This document shows, piece after piece, positions 38,725-48,614 of a stretch of DNA of 64,000 nt; within the stretch, counting starts at the first letter, position 1; every line of letters begins with the position of its first letter. Position numbers and translations under genes: made by a program. This DNA is from an uncultured Clostridia bacterium. GTDB lineage: Bacteria > Bacillota > Clostridia > Oscillospirales > CAG-272. The DNA is taken from positions 8,247 to 72,246 of the forward strand of contig CANQPT010000003.1 of assembly GCA_947625805.1 (NCBI GenBank), in the 5' to 3' direction. The notes under the pieces are model-generated. The model made no database searches. It had not been told where the DNA came from and worked only from the letters and a program-made list of their open reading frames with translations.

Positions 38725-40574
38725 AACTGAACAAACGTCAGAAAAAGGAACTTGTGCGCATCGGCGCGGGGGTGGCCCTTTATCTTGCGGCGGTGATTGC
38801 CGGGCATACGCTTGCCTTGCCGCATCCGGTGAAGATCTTGCTTTTTGTGCCCGGGTACTTTGTGCTTGCCCTGCCGGTGCTCATCAAGGCCGCAAAAAAT
38901 ATTGCCCACGGCAATATGATGGATGAAAATTTCTTGATGAGCATTGCGTCGATCGGCGCGTTTATCCTCGGAGAGGGCTCTGAGGGTACGGCGGTCATGC
39001 TGTTCAACCGGGTGGGCGGATTTTTCGAGGATTATGCGGTGACAAGATCCCGCAAGGGCGTGACCGATCTGCTTTCGCTCTGCCCGGAATACGCGACGAT
39101 AGAGCGGGACGGTAAGTTAGAGCAGGTTTCGACCGATGAGATCCCGGTGGGCTCGACCGTGGTGGTCCTGCCGGGCGAGCGTGTTCCGCTGGACGGAGAG
39201 ATCGTCAGCGGTGAGACTGTGTTTGACACCTCGCCTCTGACCGGCGAAAGCATACCGCGTACCGCCCGTGTGGGTGATACTGCCGTGAGCGGGTATATCA
39301 ACTTAAAAGGCAAGATTGAAGTACGCACGCAAAAGGAATACGAGGATTCCACGGTGGCAAAGATCTTATCTTTGATCGAGGACGCCACCGAGAAAAAATC
39401 AAAGAGCGAGCACCTGATTACCCGCTTTGCCAGAATTTACACGCCGATCGTGGTAGCCCTTGCATTGGCACTTGCCCTGATCCCATCGCTTTTGCACGCT
39501 GCATTTCCCGCGCTCGTGCCGCAGGGGGTGGGCACATGGGTCTACCGTGCAATGCTGTTCTTGGTGGTTTCCTGTCCCTGTGCGCTGGTGGTCAGCGTTC
39601 CTCTCGGCTTTTTCGGAGGGATCGGAGGCGCCTCCCGGAAAGGCGTGCTGATCAAGGGGTCCAATTATTTAGAGTTGCTTGCCAAAGCAGATACCTTTGT
39701 TTTTGATAAGACCGGAACGCTCACGCGCGGCACCTTTACGGTGACCGAACTTGTGCCGCAAGGGGTGGACGGACAGCAACTGCTTGCGCTTGCGGCCTCG
39801 GCCGAGCGTTATTCCGCTCATCCGATCGCCGCCGCCATTGCCGCCTCGTACACGGGGGATTTGCGGGAAGCGCAGGTGGAGGAGGTCGCCGGCAAGGGTC
39901 TGCGCGCCCGCATCGACGGTGCGCAGGTGCTGGTGGGCAGCGCAGGTCTGTTAAAAGAGAACGGCGTGGCATTTGAAGCGCCCGCGTGCGAAAAGACGGT
40001 CGTGCATATAGCCCGCGACGGGGTGTACTGCGGCGCCATTCTGATCAGCGACACCCTCAAGCCGGACGCGGCCGACACGGTCGCGGCGCTTGCCCCTTAC
40101 GCTAAAACCGTCATGTTAAGCGGTGACGGCGAGGCGGTCGCCCATGCCGTGGCGCGGGAACTGGGCATAGCGGAAGTGCACGCCTCCCTTTTACCGCAGG
40201 ATAAGGCGGCTTATCTTGAGCAACTGAGCAAAGGGCACGTCTGTGCCTTTTGCGGGGACGGTATGAACGATGCGCCTTCGCTTGCCCTTGCCGACGTAGG
40301 CATCGCCATGGGCGGCGCAGGCTCGGGTGCGGCCATCGAGGCGGCGGACGTGGTGATTATGGACGACAAACCCTCCAAAATCGTGCTGGCCCGCAAATAC
40401 GCGAAAAAAACCGTGCGCATCTGTCGCGAGAATATTATTTTCTCTCTTGCGATCAAGTGCGGCGTCATGGTGTTCGGTGCTCTCGGCCTTGCCAGTATGT
40501 GGGCGGCGGTATTTGCCGACGTGGGCGTGCTGATCATCGCCATTGCCAATTCCATGCGCGCATCCCGCGTTTGA
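38721..40574 (+). CDS. cadA: Cd/Zn-type P1B ATPase
   Basis: MMDENFLM, LTGES, SCPCAL, DKTGTLT, SAHPIA, GDGMNDAP. Confidence 0.95.
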   Translation: MKLNKRQKKELVRIGAGVALYLAAVIAGHTLALPHPVKILLFVPGYFVLALPVLIKAAKNIAHGNMMDENFLMSIASIGAFILGEGSEGTAVMLFNRVGGFFEDYAVTRSRKGVTDLLSLCPEYATIERDGKLEQVSTDEIPVGSTVVVLPGERVPLDGEIVSGETVFDTSPLTGESIPRTARVGDTAVSGYINLKGKIEVRTQKEYEDSTVAKILSLIEDATEKKSKSEHLITRFARIYTPIVVALALALALIPSLLHAAFPALVPQGVGTWVYRAMLFLVVSCPCALVVSVPLGFFGGIGGASRKGVLIKGSNYLELLAKADTFVFDKTGTLTRGTFTVTELVPQGVDGQQLLALAASAERYSAHPIAAAIAASYTGDLREAQVEEVAGKGLRARIDGAQVLVGSAGLLKENGVAFEAPACEKTVVHIARDGVYCGAILISDTLKPDAADTVAALAPYAKTVMLSGDGEAVAHAVARELGIAEVHASLLPQDKAAYLEQLSKGHVCAFCGDGMNDAPSLALADVGIAMGGAGSGAAIEAADVVIMDDKPSKIVLARKYAKKTVRICRENIIFSLAIKCGVMVFGALGLASMWAAVFADVGVLIIAIANSMRASRV

Positions 40575-40671
40575 ATGATTTTGAAAAGAGCTTTGTACAA
40601 AGACCTTTGCCTTTGTACAAAGGCTCTCTTTTCCCTTGACAGGGTGAGTGAAATATTGTATGATAAAAGTG

Positions 40672-41163
40672 ATGAGTGAGAAAAACCAAGATCAAGACTA
40701 TATGCGCCGGGCGATCGCGCTTGCGAAAGAAGCCGCAGGGCTGGGCGAGGTTCCGGTGGGGGCGCTGATCGTCCGTGACGGACAGATTATTTCCGAGGCC
40801 TACAACCGGCGGGAAACCGGAAAAAACGCGCTCTATCATGCGGAAACGGCGGCCATCGACGCCGCCTGCCGTGCGCTGGACGGATGGCGGCTGCCCCGCT
40901 GTACTTTGTATGTGACCATGGAACCTTGCCCTATGTGTGCGGGTGCGATCGTGAACGCCCGCATCGAGCGGGTGGTCTTTGGCACACCCGATCTTCGGGC
41001 GGGTGCATTCGGCGGAGTGTTCGACTTAAATGACTATCCGCTCAACCACAAGCCGCAGATAGACGGCGGAGTCTGTGAGGAGGAGTGCAGGGCACTGCTG
41101 CAGGAGTTTTTCCGCGATCTGCGGCAGCGTCAGGCCGGAAAGAAGAGCGATGAGGCTCGATAA
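40672..41163 (+). CDS. tadA: tRNA adenosine(34) deaminase
   Basis: EVPVGA, HAE, LYVTMEPCPMCAGA; start set at ATG 40672. Confidence 0.93.
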   Translation: MSEKNQDQDYMRRAIALAKEAAGLGEVPVGALIVRDGQIISEAYNRRETGKNALYHAETAAIDAACRALDGWRLPRCTLYVTMEPCPMCAGAIVNARIERVVFGTPDLRAGAFGGVFDLNDYPLNHKPQIDGGVCEEECRALLQEFFRDLRQRQAGKKSDEAR

Positions 41164-41845
41164 ACTGCTCACCCATGCGGGGGTGGTCAGCCGCAGGGAG
41201 GCCGGCCGCGCCGTGCGCGCGGGCAGGGTCACCGTGGACGGTGTGTGCGTGCGCGCGGCGGACGTGCAGGTGGAGCCTGCCAAAAACAGCGTCTGCTTTG
41301 ACGGCGTGCCGGTGGAGTATCGGGAGCATCTGTACCTGATGCTCAACAAGCCCGCCGGATATATCAGCGCGACCGAGGACGGACGCGGTCCGGTAGTGCT
41401 GGAACTGCTGCCCCCTGCCTTGCAGGGGAGGGGACTTTTTCCATGCGGACGCTTAGACCGGGACACGGTGGGCTTAATGATTTTGACCGACGACGGGGAC
41501 GCCGCTCACCGCCGACTTTCTCCCAAGCATCATGCGGAGAAGGAATATGCCTTTGCGTGCGAGCGTCCGCTTGAGGGGCTCGATCGCTTGGAGCAGGGAA
41601 TAGAACTTGCGGACGGATACCGCACCCTGCCGTGTAAGATCCGGCAGACGGGTGAGCGCAGCGGAGTGATCACTCTGACAGAGGGAAAATACCATCAAAT
41701 CAAACGAATGTTTGCCGCCGTAGGCAATCATATCGTCTTTCTTGAGCGCATCCGATTTGCGGGCATCTCTCTTGATCCGGCGCTGGAGCGCGGGGAATGG
41801 AGAACGCTGACCGGGGAGGAGCAAGCGCTCTTTTGCAAAAAGTAA
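41150..41845 (+). CDS. RsuA-family pseudouridine synthase
   Basis: MRLDKLL S4 domain, MLNKPAGY, GRLDRDTVGL, EGKYHQIKRMF. Confidence 0.95.
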   Translation: MRLDKLLTHAGVVSRREAGRAVRAGRVTVDGVCVRAADVQVEPAKNSVCFDGVPVEYREHLYLMLNKPAGYISATEDGRGPVVLELLPPALQGRGLFPCGRLDRDTVGLMILTDDGDAAHRRLSPKHHAEKEYAFACERPLEGLDRLEQGIELADGYRTLPCKIRQTGERSGVITLTEGKYHQIKRMFAAVGNHIVFLERIRFAGISLDPALERGEWRTLTGEEQALFCKK

Positions 41846-42170
41846 GGGAAAAACGGATTATGACCGAGAAATGTACGGAACAGCCGAAAATATTTCTCGA
41901 ATATTTCTGAAGAATTTCTTAAAAATGAACATATGGATTCAAAAGCTGTAATAAAAGAAGAAAAGTGAAAAAATAATAAAAAAGTACTCTTTATTTCTCT
42001 CGAATACGCGATGTTTTCTCTCGTTTTCTGTTTATTTTATGCAAATCATACAAAAGACACTGCCGATTTTTGGGGAAATAATACCTTTCAATTCTCGCGT
42101 GAGTCTGTTATAATATATATCAGTATAATCCATAGATTTGGCACAGGCGTGTCAGGAGGAATGAATCAGA

Positions 42171-43301
42171 ATGGCAAGTTTATCATTCAAACACATTTAT
42201 AAGAAATACCCGGGCGGAGTCACTGCGGTTTCGGATTTCTGCCTTGAGGTCAAGGACAAAGAGTTTATCATCTTTGTCGGCCCTTCCGGATGCGGTAAGA
42301 CCACCACGTTGCGTATGATCGCAGGTCTGGAGGAGATTACCGAGGGTGAACTTTTCATCGGCGACCGTCTGGTCAACGATATCGCCCCCAAGGACAGAGA
42401 TATCGCAATGGTGTTCCAGAACTACGCTCTGTATCCGCATATGACCGTGTTTGATAACATGGCATTCGGACTCAAACTGCGCAAGGTGCCGAAGGAAGAG
42501 ATCAAGCGCCGCGTGGAAGAGGCTGCAAGAATCCTTGACATCACCCACCTGCTCGACCGCAGACCAAAGGCTTTGTCCGGCGGTCAGAAACAGAGAGTTG
42601 CGCTGGGACGTGCCATCGTGCGTGAGCCTAAGGTATTCTTACTCGACGAGCCGCTCTCCAACCTGGACGCAAAACTGCGTGCGGGAATGAGAGCCGAACT
42701 TACCAAAATCCACAAGAGATTGGGTACCACTTTCGTATACGTTACCCACGACCAGATCGAGGCTATGACCATGGCGTCCCGCATTGTGGTTATGAAGGAC
42801 GGTGTGATCCAGCAGGTAGATACACCGCAGAATCTGTATGATTACCCGGTGAATTCCTTTGTGGCAGGCTTTATCGGCACACCGCAGATGAACTTTGTCA
42901 ACTCGACTCTGACCAAGAAAGGAAACGATGTTTACGTCAACTTTTCCGGTCACTCGGTCAAACTGCCCGAGGAAAAGGCCAAAGCCCCCGAACTTGCTGA
43001 GTACATCGGCAAGGAAGTGATCATCGGCATCCGTCCTGAGTGTCTGCATGACGAGGATCGTTATCTTGAGCAGTTCCCGGATGCAGTCATCGAAGCAACG
43101 GTTGACGTGACCGAATTGATGGGCGCGGAGATTTACCTCTACCTGACCACCGGTACAGAGGAAGAGGACAATATCTCCAACCTGGTCGCACGTGTATCCG
43201 CTCGTTCTACTACCAAGGCGGGCGATACGGTCAAGATCGCCATGGATACCGGCCGTCTGCATATCTTTGACAAAGATACCGAGCAGTGCGTGATCCACTA
43301 A
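42171..43301 (+). CDS. msmX: Shared carbohydrate ABC ATPase (MsmX/UgpC-like)
   Basis: GPSGCGKTT, FQNYALYPHM, LSGGQ, LDEPLSNLD, YVTHDQ; no adjacent permease. Confidence 0.93.
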   Translation: MASLSFKHIYKKYPGGVTAVSDFCLEVKDKEFIIFVGPSGCGKTTTLRMIAGLEEITEGELFIGDRLVNDIAPKDRDIAMVFQNYALYPHMTVFDNMAFGLKLRKVPKEEIKRRVEEAARILDITHLLDRRPKALSGGQKQRVALGRAIVREPKVFLLDEPLSNLDAKLRAGMRAELTKIHKRLGTTFVYVTHDQIEAMTMASRIVVMKDGVIQQVDTPQNLYDYPVNSFVAGFIGTPQMNFVNSTLTKKGNDVYVNFSGHSVKLPEEKAKAPELAEYIGKEVIIGIRPECLHDEDRYLEQFPDAVIEATVDVTELMGAEIYLYLTTGTEEEDNISNLVARVSARSTTKAGDTVKIAMDTGRLHIFDKDTEQCVIH

Positions 43302-43317
43302 TGAACCAAAAACACAC

Positions 43318-43344
43318 AAAAGCACCTGCAATGCAGGTGCTTTT
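43318..43344. terminator. Bidirectional terminator
   Basis: AAAAGCACCTGC-aat-GCAGGTGCTTTT. Confidence 0.8.
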
Positions 43345-43354
43345 GTCATACCCA

Positions 43355-44155
43355 TTACCAAGGATATTTTTCGTTGTAAAACTCTGTTCCGACAAAGCCG
43401 ATCTGGCGGAAGTCGTTTGGATTGTGGCGAATGATGTAGTCAATGTAGGAGGCGACCATGCGGGCGGTCAACACGTATCCCGCGGCATTCAGATGGTCGT
43501 CTAAGTAGAATCGCTCCTTGAAAGGTGCGTCATAGACCGGCGCATAACGCTGAAAGTCCAGCACGTAGGTGTACGGGAAATGATCTGCCAGTGCGCGGAT
43601 CAATTCAGCGTGTGCCTCGGCTCTGGCCGCCCGCTCCGGATTCTCTTCCGAACGGGGTATGGTCATAAGGAAAAACCGCGCTTTGGGCTGGATCTTCTTG
43701 TATTTTTGGATGATGCGGGCATAGTAGCCGCAGAAAGTTTCCGCGTTTTTGTCCGGGTCGTCCTCACAGATATCGTCCGGGGTGCCGATCGGCTGATTTT
43801 GATTGAGGATATCATTGACCCCCAGGGCGATGATGTATGCCTGCGCCGCCTTGTCCGGGTCCCACAGGCCATTTGACGGCGCAAAGGAGGTGCAATACCC
43901 CTTTGCGGTCAGACCGCCGCAGGAAAAGTTATAGACGGTACACCCGGCTATGCGCGCCAGGTACTGTCCCCATGAATAGTCGTACAGATCGTGCCAGCCC
44001 CGCTCTCCGTTTATCTGTGAAACGAATTCGCCGGAGGACAGGCTGTCGCCCACGCAGGCAATGGTGCGCAGAATACCGCACAGTCCGCCGTCGGTTGCCG
44101 GTCGGTCCAGAGGTTGTTCCGCCGGATCGAGCGGGCAAAAAAGATTTAGATTCAT
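43355..44155 (-). CDS. SGNH/GDSL hydrolase
   Basis: VGDSL, CGG, LGVND, DDHL (DxH) blocks. Confidence 0.88.
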   Translation of the reverse strand: MNLNLFCPLDPAEQPLDRPATDGGLCGILRTIACVGDSLSSGEFVSQINGERGWHDLYDYSWGQYLARIAGCTVYNFSCGGLTAKGYCTSFAPSNGLWDPDKAAQAYIIALGVNDILNQNQPIGTPDDICEDDPDKNAETFCGYYARIIQKYKKIQPKARFFLMTIPRSEENPERAARAEAHAELIRALADHFPYTYVLDFQRYAPVYDAPFKERFYLDDHLNAAGYVLTARMVASYIDYIIRHNPNDFRQIGFVGTEFYNEKYPW

Positions 44156-44291
44156 GATCGCTCCTATATCGGGAAATGTTTGCTATTATTTTAGCATAAG
44201 AGAATGAAAAAGGCAAGATTTTATTGTTGTGTTGCGGCAGAATTTATGATACAATAGAGAAAACAAACACGTAATAAAGGAGGAACGAAGA

Positions 44292-46094
44292 ATGCGAAAG
44301 ATTGCTGCAATGCTGCTTATGTGTGCATTGATGCTTTGTTCCTGTGAGCAATATTTGTTAAAGGGATATCCGGAAGAGGAAACCCAGGAGACCGAGCCTA
44401 CCGAGGAGCAGGTCGGGCTCAAAAGTTATCGAAAATTCAACTATTATCAAAAAGTCGGCGGGATCGTGCTGCATTCCTACACGGGTAACGCTTCCGAGGT
44501 AGAGATCCCATCCGAGATCGACGGCTGCGTCGTGAGCGAAATTGCAGATGGGGCTTTTCGCGGCAAGGGGACCCTTGCCCGTGTCATCATTCCGGGCACG
44601 GTCCGGCGGATCGGCGCACAGGCCTTTCAGAGTTGTTCGGGCTTAAGCGACGTCCTTTTGTCGGAGGGTACCATGCAGATCGGAGAAGAGGCTTTTTCCG
44701 GCTGTACTTCACTTGTGACTCTATCCCTGCCTGCTACCCTTGTGCGGATCGGTGGGTCTGCCTTTTCCGGCTGCAGCGCACTTGCGTCCGTTTCGCTTGA
44801 GGCGGTCGGACAGGTGGGCGAGGGGGCTTTCGCCGATTGCACAGCCTTGACCGAGGCAGCACTCTCTAATGTGACCTCTCTGGGAGAGGGCGCATTCCGC
44901 GGCTGCACAGCGTTGGGAACGGTGACCTTGCCGGGTATGCTGGACACGGTTGGCGAACAGGCTTTCATGAACTGTACTGCGCTATGGAGTCTGACACTGT
45001 CGGAGGGGATCTCAGTGATCGGACGGGAGGCGTTTGCCTACTGTACGGCGCTTGAACAGGTCCAACTGCCTGCCTCGCTGACGGCGGCGGACGTGGCTGC
45101 GTTTCGCGGGTGTACCGCGCTTTCCGCCATTGCGCTTCCCGCCGGTATGAGCGAGGTGTCCGAGCGATGCTTCGAGGGGTGTACCGCCCTTGCAGACGTT
45201 GCGCTGCCCGGATCGGTAGGAACGATTGGCGCTTCCGCGTTCGGCGGGTGCACAGCGCTCGAAAAGGTGGTACTTCCGGGCGTTTCCGAGATCGGCGCCT
45301 CGGCCTTTACCGGATGCACCGCGTTGAGTGCGGTGGAGTTTTCCACTGCGCTGCAGAGTATCGATAAAAATGCGTTCAGCACATGTACCGCCCTGAGCCG
45401 GGTCACTCTGCCGGACGGCGTGCGCACACTGGGAGACGGCGTGTTCAAGGACTGCCCGGAGATTACCGAGATCGAGATACCCCCCGGGGTGACGGAGATA
45501 CCGGGATATGCTTTTTATCGGTGTGAAAAACTTGCCAAGGTGTCCATTCTCGGGGAGCAACTCACCATGATCGGTGCGAAAGCCTTTTCCGGCTGTACTG
45601 CGCTCAATCGCGTCGCCGTCCCGGAAACGGTACAGATCATCGGCCAGAATGCGTTTTCCGACTGTCCGTATCTATACGGTATCGGCGTTCCGGACAGCGC
45701 GATTACCATGGGGGACGATATTTTGTCGAACAGCGGCGAGATGATCGTCGGAATTCATGAAGACAAGCAAATGGTGGCAGACGTGGACGCGGGTGTGGAG
45801 GTGGATCTGGACGCCTATTCCCACCCGGAACTTGGGCACATGGTCTTCTTTTTCGATTATCGCACCAAGTATCATATGGTGGATCTGGATATGTGGAACG
45901 CTCTGTTTGCGGCTCTGCCCGAGGCTTGTCCCGCGTGCGGCAGTACCAAAATCCGCATTACCGGAAAAACGCTCTACCAGACTTTTTTTGAATTCAGCAA
46001 TTCGCCCGGGGCGGTGCAATCCAGTTGGATCTGCTATGATGAGCATTGCGGCGCGGGCTTTCAATATGAGCTATCCAAGGAGGACATACAATGA
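44292..46094 (+). CDS. BspA-like leucine-rich-repeat lipoprotein with C-terminal Cys-motif domain
   Basis: Lipobox LCSC; many repeats of the form IGxxAFxGCxxLxxVxLP; C-terminal CPAC...CYDEHC. Confidence 0.9.
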   Translation: MRKIAAMLLMCALMLCSCEQYLLKGYPEEETQETEPTEEQVGLKSYRKFNYYQKVGGIVLHSYTGNASEVEIPSEIDGCVVSEIADGAFRGKGTLARVIIPGTVRRIGAQAFQSCSGLSDVLLSEGTMQIGEEAFSGCTSLVTLSLPATLVRIGGSAFSGCSALASVSLEAVGQVGEGAFADCTALTEAALSNVTSLGEGAFRGCTALGTVTLPGMLDTVGEQAFMNCTALWSLTLSEGISVIGREAFAYCTALEQVQLPASLTAADVAAFRGCTALSAIALPAGMSEVSERCFEGCTALADVALPGSVGTIGASAFGGCTALEKVVLPGVSEIGASAFTGCTALSAVEFSTALQSIDKNAFSTCTALSRVTLPDGVRTLGDGVFKDCPEITEIEIPPGVTEIPGYAFYRCEKLAKVSILGEQLTMIGAKAFSGCTALNRVAVPETVQIIGQNAFSDCPYLYGIGVPDSAITMGDDILSNSGEMIVGIHEDKQMVADVDAGVEVDLDAYSHPELGHMVFFFDYRTKYHMVDLDMWNALFAALPEACPACGSTKIRITGKTLYQTFFEFSNSPGAVQSSWICYDEHCGAGFQYELSKEDIQ

Positions 46095-46906
46095 AAGTAG
46101 GCGTAATCGTAAAATATCCCAAGATCGAGGAAGAGTTTTCCTGGATGCGGGAAAACGGCATTGACAACTGTCAGATGTATATGATGCCGGAGTATCAGAC
46201 CGAAGAGAATATCCGGCGGGCGATCGATCTGCGGGAGCAATACGGGATTACCGTCACGTCCATCGTGGGAATGTGGACCGGAGCGCAGGAGTGGAATTTC
46301 TCGGCGGGCCCGATGACCCTTGGCCTGATACCCACCGCATACCGGGATCGCCGAATGCAGGAAATGCGCCGGTATTGCGATCTCGCCGTTGGTCTGGGCG
46401 TGTCGGACGTCAGTTCTCACATGGGATTTATTCCCGAGTATATGTACGATACCGTATACCGCGAATGGATCCCCGCCATGCGCGACCTGATGCACTACTA
46501 TGAGGCAAGGGACGTTTATCTTGACTTTGAAACAGGGCAGGAAACGCCGGTGACCATGCTCCGTGCCATCCGTGATATCGGCAGCGACCACGTCGGAGTG
46601 AACTTCGACTCGGGCAATCTGATCCTGTACGGCAAGGCAAACCCTGTGGACGCGCTGGACGTGATCGGCAGTTACGTGCGCGGCGTGCATGCCAAGGACG
46701 CGACCTATCCCACAGACCCGCTTTATCTCGGCGACGAGCAGGCGCTGGGAGAAGGCATGGTGGACTTCCCGCGGTTTGTGCGGCGCCTTTCCGAGATCGG
46801 TTACGGCGGCGCGATCACCATTGAGCGCGAATGCGCGGGCGACCGCGAGCGGGAGGATATCCTGCGGGGCAAGCAGTTATTAGATGGTATTCTTGCAGAA
46901 TTATAA
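46091..46906 (+). CDS. Sugar phosphate isomerase/epimerase (AP endonuclease 2 TIM barrel)
   Basis: HMGF, FETGQE, NFDSGNL, HAKD, IERE metal ligands; ATGA overlap with the LRR gene. Confidence 0.88.
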   Translation: MKVGVIVKYPKIEEEFSWMRENGIDNCQMYMMPEYQTEENIRRAIDLREQYGITVTSIVGMWTGAQEWNFSAGPMTLGLIPTAYRDRRMQEMRRYCDLAVGLGVSDVSSHMGFIPEYMYDTVYREWIPAMRDLMHYYEARDVYLDFETGQETPVTMLRAIRDIGSDHVGVNFDSGNLILYGKANPVDALDVIGSYVRGVHAKDATYPTDPLYLGDEQALGEGMVDFPRFVRRLSEIGYGGAITIERECAGDREREDILRGKQLLDGILAEL

Positions 46907-46911
46907 ACTTT

Positions 46912-46943
46912 TGAGGGTGCTCATTTGAACAAGAGCACCCTCA
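46912..46943. terminator. Bidirectional terminator
   Basis: TGAGGGTGCTC-10nt-GAGCACCCTCA. Confidence 0.65.
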
Positions 46944-46949
46944 TCTTTT

Positions 46950-48306
46950 CTATTCTTTTTCAAAAAGTCTCTCAAGGCGCCGGGCACAGAAAAAGAACGC
47001 CGGCACGAGAAAACAATCGGCCATTGCCCATGCGAGCGGAGAGGAGAAGCAGACCGCGAAAAAGCCGAATACCGGGACGAGCGCGATGCCGATAAACGAG
47101 CGGGCAACCAGTTCAAAAATACCGGCGAACATTGCGAACATACTGTAGCCCATTCCCTGAATGGTGGGGCGTACCGTGTTGACCAACGATAAAAATACGT
47201 AACTGCCGGTGCAGCACAAAAGATAGAGATAGGCCTGATCCGTAACCGCTGTGTTCTCTGCCTTGATAAACAGACCGAGGAGCGGTCGGCCGCAAAAGAT
47301 AAGCAGAACAAAGGCGGCAAGCGAATAGAAGAGCGAGATGACCACGGCGCTTTTGAGGCCGCTTTTAATACGGTCGATCCTGCAGGCGCCCATATTCTGG
47401 CCGGCAAAGGTTGCCATAGTGCTGCCCAATGCGTTGAAAACACAGGCAAACATATTGACGATCCGGTCGCCTGCCGCCATACTGGCAACGGCGGTCGAGC
47501 CGAGAAGATTGACGGCCGTTTGCAGAATAACGCTTCCGATCGCTGTGACCGAGAACTGCAATCCCATGGGCAGTCCGGCCTTGAGCAGGGCGGTAATATA
47601 CCCCGGTACAGGTTTCCACTCCGCATCGTGCGGGTGCAGAATGTCGAATTTGCGTATGATATGGACAAGACAAAGTACCACCGAAAAAGACGAACTGATC
47701 ACGGTTGCCCATGCCGGTCCCTCCACGTCCATATGCAGTGCGCAGATGGACAGGATGTTCAGAAAGACGTTGAGCGCACCCGAGATCAGAAGAAAGATCA
47801 CCGGCGTGCGGCTGTCGCCCAGTGCGCGGATCGCGCCCGAGAGAAGATTGTAAAGAAAAGTGATCGGTATTCCGAGGAAGATAACGAAAAGGTAGTTGTA
47901 GGTGCGGGCAAAAATGTCCTCCGGAGTGTGCATCAGGATCAGAATATCCCGGCAGAAGATACAGACGAGTGCCGTGACGACCGCCGAGAGAACTGCACAC
48001 AGCCAAAGACAGCCCGCGAAAAACCGCCGCATAGCGGGATAGTCTTTTGCGCCGAAACGCTGTGCGATGGGAATGGCAAAGCCGCTTGCCGCCCCGTTGA
48101 AAAATCCGATGATCAAAAAGGTGATCGAGCCCGGTACTGCCGATGGCGGCCAGAGCGTCTACCCCCAGAAAACGGCCTGCGGCCACCGTGTCGGCCATGC
48201 TGTACAGTTGTTGAAAGATAATGCCGAACAAAATCGGAAGTCCGAAGGTGATCAGATGGGAGAGGGGCGAGCCATCTGTCATATCGCGGATTGCTTTGCT
48301 GCGCAT
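46950..48306 (-). pseudogene. MATE efflux transporter interrupted by a +1 frameshift
   Basis: N-terminus DMTDGSPL...QQLYSMADT...ALAAIGST continues as SITFLIIGFFNG only if one C is removed from the CCC at 48130-48132; rest of the MATE is in ORF 46950..48116. Confidence 0.85.
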
Positions 48307-48515
48307 GGGTTACTCCATATGGATCGGAAAACTTTGTGGTATTGTATCACACGAGGAGCAAAAAGTCTATATCTTTTCCGAAAATTTATAAAAATTTTTG
48401 ACTTTGAATTGCAATATCAAATTGATCGGTAATAAGATCAAAAATTTTTCCTTTCGCAAAGAAGCGACCGACAAGAGAATTTTGCCTTGAAGGGCAAATT
48501 TCTTGCAAAAAGATA

Positions 48516-48544
48516 TTGCAAAAAAAACAAAAAAATGGTACAAT
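48516..48544 (+). promoter_or_regulatory. Extended -10 promoter of the oad operon
   Basis: TTGCAA, 17 nt, TGgTACAAT. Confidence 0.7.
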
Positions 48545-48614
48545 AAATTGATTTTGGATTTTTTGCCGTCAAGCAAAAATCCGACCAAACAATCACAATC
48601 ATCAGGAGGAAGAT

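Noticed and set aside
44500-45720. Regularly repeating sequence as a possible CRISPR or tandem array
   Set aside because: Repeats are degenerate at DNA level and are in-frame leucine-rich repeats; no identical repeat-spacer units or cas genes.
47365-48306. 313-aa ORF as an independent gene
   Set aside because: Only the first 58 or so codons are MATE-like; the rest is out-of-frame read-through after the frameshift.
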